A DNA stretch of 64,000 nucleotides from Candidatus Latescibacterota bacterium (GTDB lineage: Bacteria; Latescibacterota; CBDEFO01): NCBI GenBank assembly GCA_965237525.1, contig CBDEFO010000008.1, forward strand, positions 768,001 to 832,000, in the 5' to 3' direction. Shown here in pieces: positions 57,709-64,000 of this stretch (its first letter is position 1; every line of letters begins with the position of its first letter). The translations under genes and the position numbers were made by a program. A model generated the notes under the pieces. The model searched no databases and had not been told where the DNA came from. It was given only the letters and a program-made list of their open reading frames with translations.

Positions 57709-57819
57709 AGGAATATGCCTCCTAAAATCTGTTTTACGAAAAAAAGGCGGTGCGGCCGCTGTGCTGGGGTATCCGCAAGCGTCGCAGTGGTCGAAGAACT
57801 TTTCTTGGGGTCTCGGCGA

Positions 57820-60207
57820 TCACAACGCTGTAATCTTGGAAAGCTCTGTCTGCATATTGCATAGACGGGCATATATGCCGTCCTGCTCGATCAACTCATC
57901 GTGTGTGCCCATCTCTGCAACCCTCCCTTTCTCTATGATGAGAAGCCGGTTGGAGTGCTTGAGCGTTGAAAGCCTGTGCGCGATAGCGAAGGTAGTGCGT
58001 CCCTCTATAAGCCTTGCCAGTGCCTCCTGGATCTGTGCCTCTGTCTCTGTATCTACGTTCGAGGTGGCCTCATCCAGAATCAGAATGCGTGGATCCTTCA
58101 GGATGGCCCTGGCTATGGCCAGACGCTGCCGCTCGCCGCCGGAGACATTGCTGCCTCGTTCCCCCACCTGCGTGTCATAGCCATCGGGGTATTCCACGAT
58201 GAAATCGTGGGCATTGGCTGCCTTAGCCGCACCCATAATCTCCCTCATAGAGGCCCCCGGTTTCCCGTAGACGATGTTCTCCGCCACAGTGCCGTTGAAC
58301 AGAAAAGGCTCCTGGAGCACAACGCCGATCTGATCGCGCAGGGACTTCAGCTTCACCTCCCGAACATCATAACCATCTACGAGGATCCTTCCACTATCCA
58401 CATCGTAGAAGCGGCAGATCAAGTTGATGAGCGTGCTCTTGCCTGCCCCGCTGTGACCCGCCAGGCCGATCATCTCCCCGGGCTTCACATCGAAGCTGAT
58501 TGCCTTCAGGACAGGCGTCCCTTCCTCGTAGCTGAATGTAACATCTTGAAACTCTATGTGTCCCTCTATCTCCGGAATCTGGACAGAATCCTCGTCGTCC
58601 GCCATATCCGGCTCACTGTCCAGAACCTCAAAGACCCGCTCTGCAGCAGTTGCAGCGCTCTGAAGACGGTGGTTCAACCTGCAGAGCGACTCCACAGGCC
58701 CGTAGAACTGCCACATATAGCTTGAGAAGGCCACAAAATCGCCCAGGGTGATCGTGCCACCTATAACCTTGTGTCCACCTGCCCACCATATGATAATTGT
58801 GCCCAATGAGGTGATGAAGCCCATGATCGGCATAAAGCTGGTTCTAAGTTTGGCAGCCCTCATCGAGCCATCGAGCAGTTCCTCGCTTTTCCCCATAAAC
58901 TTACCCACCTCACGCTCCTCCTGGGCGAAGGCCTTCACCACCCTTATCCCCGGTATCGTATCCGACAGGATGGCGCTTATGCTGGCAAATCGCTTCCAGA
59001 GAATGCGAAACACCTTGTGCAGTCTCCTGCCGAAAAAGATGGTGACAATGACCAAGAACGGGGTCGGCAGCAGGACAAAGGTTGCAAGTTGCCAGTTGAG
59101 TGAGAACAGAATCCCGCAGATGATGACTAAGGTCAGCACGCTGCGGATCATCTCCTGAAGGCCTTCGCTGATGAAGTCCTGAAGACGCCCCACGTCGTTC
59201 GTGATCCTGGACATGATCCTTCCCGTCTCCCTCTGGCTGAAGAAGCTCAAAGAGAGGGTGTGAAGATGTCTGTAGACCTGGTTGCGCAGATCAAAGGTGA
59301 CCCTCTGGCCTAACCACTCCATCATGTAGCTCCGTAACGCCCGGAGTGCGTTTGTGGATACTGTGATCGCGAATAGGAGGGTCACCAACACTGCCAGTAG
59401 GGTCGTACTCCCTCTGGGAGCGAACTGCTCTATGCGGCCTATGATGCCTCCTTCAGGCCCCAAATCCAGCGGCTGTTCCTCTCGCGGCTTCACATTGAGC
59501 ACATCGTCTATCAGTGTGCGGGTGAGCAAGGGAGGGGTCAGGCTTATGAACGTGGCTATGAGCATCAGTGTCAGACCTGCAAGGGAAACCTTCCAGTAAG
59601 GCAGCCCATAGCTTAAGAGCCTGAAGAGCAACTTGCCCTTCTTAATACAGAACGGACAGACACCTCCCCAGCGAGGGAGTTTGACCTTGCCGCAGTTGGG
59701 GCAGCGCTGTCTCTGCCTCTCAAACGCCCTGCGCCCTCTTCCCACGTCATCATCGGAGGCTGCGATCTCTTCCGGCCTGCTCCTTCTGAGCAACTCCTCT
59801 ATCTCCGGGGTCACCTGTGCGAACTTATATGCCAGCGACTTCGAGAACCTGGCCACCTCCACCCCACGGTCCGCAGTGCGGACCTTCAGTATGTTGTTGC
59901 TGAAGAGGTCTCGCATCTCCACGGAAGCGATATCCGTCAACCTTATGTGGACTAACGAGAAAGGATCGGCGCCGTTAGGACTGAAAGCAAGCAGACGCTT
60001 GTCCGTCGCCAGAAGCCAGCCGGTGCCGTATTCGCCGTCCAGCCCTATGTCTGTGGAGACGGATAGATGGATCTCCTCGTCGGAGCCTACGATCCCATCC
60101 ATCGCGGCCCTTACCTCATCTGGTATCGGTTCCTTTAGTTCTTTTTTGTCCTTTGACGCATCTGAGTCCACTGTTGTCTCCCAACAGGTTAAAGAGAGAT
60201 CGGTCAT
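57820..60207 (-). CDS. ABC exporter (TMD+NBD) with N-terminal extension and CxxC..CxxC motif
   Basis: GHSGAGKST, VSGGERQR, ILILDEAT, IAHRLST. Confidence 0.95.
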   Translation of the reverse strand: MTDLSLTCWETTVDSDASKDKKELKEPIPDEVRAAMDGIVGSDEEIHLSVSTDIGLDGEYGTGWLLATDKRLLAFSPNGADPFSLVHIRLTDIASVEMRDLFSNNILKVRTADRGVEVARFSKSLAYKFAQVTPEIEELLRRSRPEEIAASDDDVGRGRRAFERQRQRCPNCGKVKLPRWGGVCPFCIKKGKLLFRLLSYGLPYWKVSLAGLTLMLIATFISLTPPLLTRTLIDDVLNVKPREEQPLDLGPEGGIIGRIEQFAPRGSTTLLAVLVTLLFAITVSTNALRALRSYMMEWLGQRVTFDLRNQVYRHLHTLSLSFFSQRETGRIMSRITNDVGRLQDFISEGLQEMIRSVLTLVIICGILFSLNWQLATFVLLPTPFLVIVTIFFGRRLHKVFRILWKRFASISAILSDTIPGIRVVKAFAQEEREVGKFMGKSEELLDGSMRAAKLRTSFMPIMGFITSLGTIIIWWAGGHKVIGGTITLGDFVAFSSYMWQFYGPVESLCRLNHRLQSAATAAERVFEVLDSEPDMADDEDSVQIPEIEGHIEFQDVTFSYEEGTPVLKAISFDVKPGEMIGLAGHSGAGKSTLINLICRFYDVDSGRILVDGYDVREVKLKSLRDQIGVVLQEPFLFNGTVAENIVYGKPGASMREIMGAAKAANAHDFIVEYPDGYDTQVGERGSNVSGGERQRLAIARAILKDPRILILDEATSNVDTETEAQIQEALARLIEGRTTFAIAHRLSTLKHSNRLLIIEKGRVAEMGTHDELIEQDGIYARLCNMQTELSKITAL

Positions 60208-60372
60208 TTACCTTACGTACCTGAGCTTTGCCGCCAACCTCTTTCTGAATATGGTGTCTGCTGTCAAATGGCATCAGGGCACTTTGCCTATCCTCTCAAA
60301 GATTACCAATACACATAGAAGAACACCGTTCATCAACAAGTCAGAGCGATTAGAACACTCTATGGTAAACAC

Positions 60373-61887
60373 TTAAAGGTCATCAATTTTGATGTCGTTT
60401 TTTTCCAGAGTGGTGCCCCTTACCTTCTCCAGGTTTATGAGAGATTCGTTGTAATCTATAATAGCCTTCAGATGATTCGTCCTTGCGGTCGCAAGGATCC
60501 GTTGAGTTTCCAGAACGTCGCGCACTGTGGATAGCCCCAACCTCAGCCTCTCCTCCTCTTCGGTTAAGTTCCTCTCCTCCAGAGTCCTGGCCAACTGGGT
60601 GGCTCTGATCCTCCTGATGTCGGTGTCTATCTGTCTCACTGCGTCCCTTATCTGGACTATTATATCCTGTTCCATCTTCTTAATATTTAGTTCGGCTCTC
60701 CTCTTTTCTAATCTGCTTGCGGCATACTGGCTCGAAGCAGAGCGGTTCCCTATCGGAACATCAATGGACAGGCCCACGTCCCACGTATTAGCGTCCAACT
60801 CCGATAGGAGATCCAGATTGTCCGAATAGTTTACTCCCAGACCGTTGAACTGCAGGCTTGCCGTCAGATCCAAAGAAGGGAGGGTCTGATTGTATGCCCT
60901 TGAGACATTTATCTTTCTATTTTCAATATCTATCTTGGCCTGAGCGTAGTCCGCTCTCTTTTCAAATGCCTCCTGAATGCTCTTTTCAAGGTCTATCTCT
61001 ACAGACTCAAAGACCGGTTCATCTGTAGGTCGCAGTGCAGCGTCCCATACCTGAGGTTTATCTATGATATTCGTAATAGCCTTGAGCCTGTCCTCAGCGT
61101 CCCTGACCGCGTCCTCTGCCACTATTATGTCTCCTTCCCTTGAAGCCACAGAGGCCAGAGCCTGGAGCGTGTCGGACGGAGGCACAGAGCCTACTTCCAC
61201 TCGAACTCTCATCTCGTCCAAGAGCCTTAAGGCCTCATCGAGAGATAACTTCTGAACTTCCATGTTTTCTATGGCAAAGACCAGATTCCAGTAAGCTGAC
61301 TGGACATCGGATACGACCTCTATGACCCTCTGGTTCAGGGCATTCTGGGAGATAGCCTTGTTATTCTGGGAAATCGTAATGCTGGACTTATTGAAGCCAA
61401 TTCCCCAACCCTTTAAGAGCGGCTGAGAGATGAAGAACCTGGCCTGGGAGTCATAGAAGACCGGCTCAGCGCTAAAGCGTGAATTTGTCTCCTGACGGCG
61501 ATTGAAAAAGTCGAGTCGGTAGTTTGCTCCTGTAGCAAGCCTTTGATTAAATCCGATGGAGAAATTAAGGTTGTTAATTTCAGATCCGGCTACCCGATTG
61601 AATGTGGGACGCTTGGATCTTTCTCCTGAAAAATCCAGAGTCATCGCCAGATCAAAGGCTCCCTTTGCACCTCTTATGTTATGGTCCCCTATTTGGGGTC
61701 CTATCTTTTCTGAGGCTATTTCGAAATTGTTCTCCAGAGTCAGCTTTATCGCCTTCTCTATCGAAAGTGTCACGGTCCTGCGAGCATCGCTTGAAATTGT
61801 CTGGGTCTGATTACGCAGTTGGGCATTTGCCCAGGATGCCCATAAAACTGTGACCAGAATATAGCTTGCAAACTTAGTCCTGTTCAT
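60373..61887 (-). CDS. TolC-family outer-membrane efflux protein
   Basis: LSIEKAIKLTLENN, ISQPLLKG, VQSAYWNL, LPSLDL, VPIGNR. Confidence 0.9.
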   Translation of the reverse strand: MNRTKFASYILVTVLWASWANAQLRNQTQTISSDARRTVTLSIEKAIKLTLENNFEIASEKIGPQIGDHNIRGAKGAFDLAMTLDFSGERSKRPTFNRVAGSEINNLNFSIGFNQRLATGANYRLDFFNRRQETNSRFSAEPVFYDSQARFFISQPLLKGWGIGFNKSSITISQNNKAISQNALNQRVIEVVSDVQSAYWNLVFAIENMEVQKLSLDEALRLLDEMRVRVEVGSVPPSDTLQALASVASREGDIIVAEDAVRDAEDRLKAITNIIDKPQVWDAALRPTDEPVFESVEIDLEKSIQEAFEKRADYAQAKIDIENRKINVSRAYNQTLPSLDLTASLQFNGLGVNYSDNLDLLSELDANTWDVGLSIDVPIGNRSASSQYAASRLEKRRAELNIKKMEQDIIVQIRDAVRQIDTDIRRIRATQLARTLEERNLTEEEERLRLGLSTVRDVLETQRILATARTNHLKAIIDYNESLINLEKVRGTTLEKNDIKIDDL

Positions 61888-61900
61888 TCAAACCTCGCTT

Positions 61901-62524
61901 TTATGCCTCCAGTCCCTCTTTTCTGTTGCCAATGCCGTTTATGAACTGATCTATTATCAACGACGCCTGATCCTGCATCGGCTCTTTGCGCTTTTCTCTC
62001 ATCCAGCGGAACATTACGGAGTTTATCATCCCCTGAAACATATAGGCAGAGGCGTCGGGATCAACGTCTCTGAACTCCCCAGACTTTACACCGTCCTCAA
62101 TTATCTGTGCCGTTGACCTTATGACCCCCTGACGGCTCTCCTTTATCCTGCTCTTTATGTTTTCTTTCTCGTCTGAGTAGAGCTTGTGCGACTCGGAAAA
62201 GAGTATTTTGAACAGGTCTCTGTTCTTATCTTTGTAATTTAAGTGCGCCTTGACTATGTCAGTCAGCCTCGATGTGGCATCCTTGTCTTCCACTATCAGT
62301 TCATCTATCAGTCTGCCGAAATACTCCACTGACGACTTTATGATCTCCAGGAATATCTGCTCTTTCCCCTTGAAGTAGAAATATAGCGTTGCCTTTCCGA
62401 ACTCTGCCTTCTCGGCGATGTCGTCCATAGTGGCGTTCTGGAAGCCTTTTTCGGCGAACACCTTCCTGGCAGCCTTTAGTATCTGATCCTTCCGCTGCTG
62501 CCTTTCTCTGTCCTTCCTGCTCAT
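61901..62524 (-). CDS. TetR/AcrR-family regulator
   Basis: ILKAARKVFAEKGFQNATMDDIAEKAEFGKATLYFYFKGKE. Confidence 0.95.
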   Translation of the reverse strand: MSRKDRERQQRKDQILKAARKVFAEKGFQNATMDDIAEKAEFGKATLYFYFKGKEQIFLEIIKSSVEYFGRLIDELIVEDKDATSRLTDIVKAHLNYKDKNRDLFKILFSESHKLYSDEKENIKSRIKESRQGVIRSTAQIIEDGVKSGEFRDVDPDASAYMFQGMINSVMFRWMREKRKEPMQDQASLIIDQFINGIGNRKEGLEA

Positions 62525-62633
62525 ATTTTCCCGATTCTCGTTCAATTTTGACTACCAAGAAAGAAAAAACTTAATCCAAATCCTTAATTTACTTGATAGA
62601 TCTATCAGTCGAATAAACGAATAATTAGTCTAC

Positions 62634-62723
62634 AAGATACAATAGTTAAAGAAGAATGTCAAGCTTTTTTTATCTTTTCCGACTCTTTTTAGCTTGACAT
62701 TATAGAAAGTCTTCACTTACTAT
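62634..62723. promoter_or_regulatory. divergent sigma70-type promoters (tetR and VOC genes)
   Basis: Minus strand TTGACA-17-TATCTT (62662-62634); plus strand TTGACA-18-TACTAT (62694-62723). Confidence 0.55.
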
Positions 62724-62774
62724 CGTTGGGAACAGCAGATATTCCAAAAACTTCTTGTAAGGAGGTCTAAAGCT

Positions 62775-63188
62775 ATGGGCGACGGTCAACAATCCGCTAG
62801 CAAGTTCATCAGTTGTGAGCCGTTCTTTCTGGTAGCTGACGTTAAGAAGGCGGCCGAGTACTACCGCGATGTGCTCGGCTTTGAGTACGATCAGCTCTGG
62901 GGTGATCCGCCATTTTTCTGCAGGCCCGAACGCGACGGGTACACCTTCATGCTGAGGCAGGTCGAAGATAAGTCCGTCGTAAGGCCCAACTCGGTAGCCT
63001 GCGATACTTGGGACGCTTATATAAAGGTCACAGACGCCGACGCTCTATTTGAAGAGTTTAAGTCCAGAGGAGCCAATGTAGACTACGAGCCTGAAATGAT
63101 GGAGGGGATGGATGTTAAGCATTTCGGGATCAAGGACGTGGACGGTTATCTGCTGGGCTTCGGCCAAGAAGGGACGACAGGAGATTGA
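62775..63188 (+). CDS. VOC/glyoxalase/bleomycin-resistance family protein
   Basis: VADVKKAAEYYRDVLGF, FGIKDVDGYLLGF; AAGGAGG RBS. Confidence 0.9.
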   Translation: MGDGQQSASKFISCEPFFLVADVKKAAEYYRDVLGFEYDQLWGDPPFFCRPERDGYTFMLRQVEDKSVVRPNSVACDTWDAYIKVTDADALFEEFKSRGANVDYEPEMMEGMDVKHFGIKDVDGYLLGFGQEGTTGD

Positions 63189-63239
63189 TCGGATAGACTC
63201 AGCGCCACTCTGACAGAGGCGAGGTGATTTGCAAGACAG

Positions 63240-63452
63240 TAGGGTCTTAAACGAGCGCCGCGCTATCTCCGCAAAGAGGATCACCGTCACCCACTCTGCT
63301 GCGGAGCCTATGCTCTCCCCCGCGATCAGGCCCATGTAGATAGCACCCGGCATCATCACGAACCTTATGAAGAACGCCCCTATGACCGTCCTTACGGTTA
63401 CGCCGTCCTGAAATTCAGCAGTTGTATTGTCAGTTGTCTCTATAGACATCAA
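63240..63452 (-). pseudogene. N-terminal fragment of an OPT-like membrane transporter
   Basis: EFQDGVTVRTVIGAFF..MMPGAIYMGL..AAEWVTVILFAEIARRSF, then sequence loses membrane-protein character. Confidence 0.5.
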
Positions 63453-63557
63453 GGTAACCTAACTGAGTGGTCGGAACACTTTATCCAAGAAAAAAGAGCA
63501 GGATGTATTCCTGCTCTATGGTCAAATCTGAACGTCTGGCGGTGCGGATCTTTCTGG

Positions 63558-64000
63558 TTATATTACTGTCGCACGATTCCAAATATCTTCATAGGGCATT
63601 TCCATATCACTCACGGAGTCTATGGGTACCATGTAAGTGGGCTTTTTCGTTGCGGCGTCCTTGACTGACTGGCCAATAATATAGCACTTCGCGTTATCTA
63701 CGAAGATTATTCTGTCGTGTATATCGGAGGTTGACCTCGCATGAAAATCAACTTCCTGACGCATTGCAAACTTGGGAATTACGGCCTTCAGTGCAGCAGT
63801 CTCCTCCTTTTTTCGGTTAGCGTTAAGGTTGGTCATAAGTCGTATTTTAACTCTGCGGTTGCACTTTCCTAAGTAGAGGTTGAACATCTCCTCATTTACA
63901 TAAGGATCTATGATGAAGACTGATTTCTTTGCTGCCCTAATGTGCTTCTGGAAGTCTAGGTAAAACGGGTAAGCGTCACCAGCACTGTAAATCTTCTGAT
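63558..64000 (-). CDS. hypothetical protein with PLD-like (IIDPY..IHDR) domain, 5' end outside window
   Basis: Open frame from the window edge: AKKSVFIIDPYV...DIHDRIIFVD..IIGQSVKD. Confidence 0.6.
   Translation of the reverse strand, partial: QKIYSAGDAYPFYLDFQKHIRAAKKSVFIIDPYVNEEMFNLYLGKCNRRVKIRLMTNLNANRKKEETAALKAVIPKFAMRQEVDFHARSTSDIHDRIIFVDNAKCYIIGQSVKDAATKKPTYMVPIDSVSDMEMPYEDIWNRATVI

Overview
Bacterial chromosomal window. C-terminal NYPNPFNP/FlgD-Ig and TWG-type tails on secreted proteins suggest an FCB-superphylum-like candidate lineage (inference). It carries tRNA-Phe, tRNA-Asn, a membrane-arm-only nuo cluster (A,H,J,K,L,M,N) with a TA pair inside it, two giant cohesin/dockerin surface proteins, a 2-oxoacid dehydrogenase E1 alpha/beta-MFS operon, a HEAT-repeat gene, and a TetR-TolC-MFP-2xRND efflux region broken up by insertions. 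Mobile DNA is dense: four IS1182-family copies, two copies of a 1302-bp DDE IS, IS1595/IS1380/IS3 remnants and several families of tiny palindromic repeats. The standout is 26113-29873: an ECF sigma factor translationally coupled to an uninterrupted ~1050-aa single polypeptide that is a stripped-down RpoB-RpoC fusion. It keeps the catalytic double-psi-barrel motifs (FED, GDK..HGTKG, SRMN, NTDFDGD) and the sigma2-binding clamp helices. It appears to lack the lobe, flap, zinc-binding domain, jaw and trigger loop, making it a candidate accessory mini-RNA-polymerase/sigma system. All assignments come from motif recognition by eye; no searches were run.
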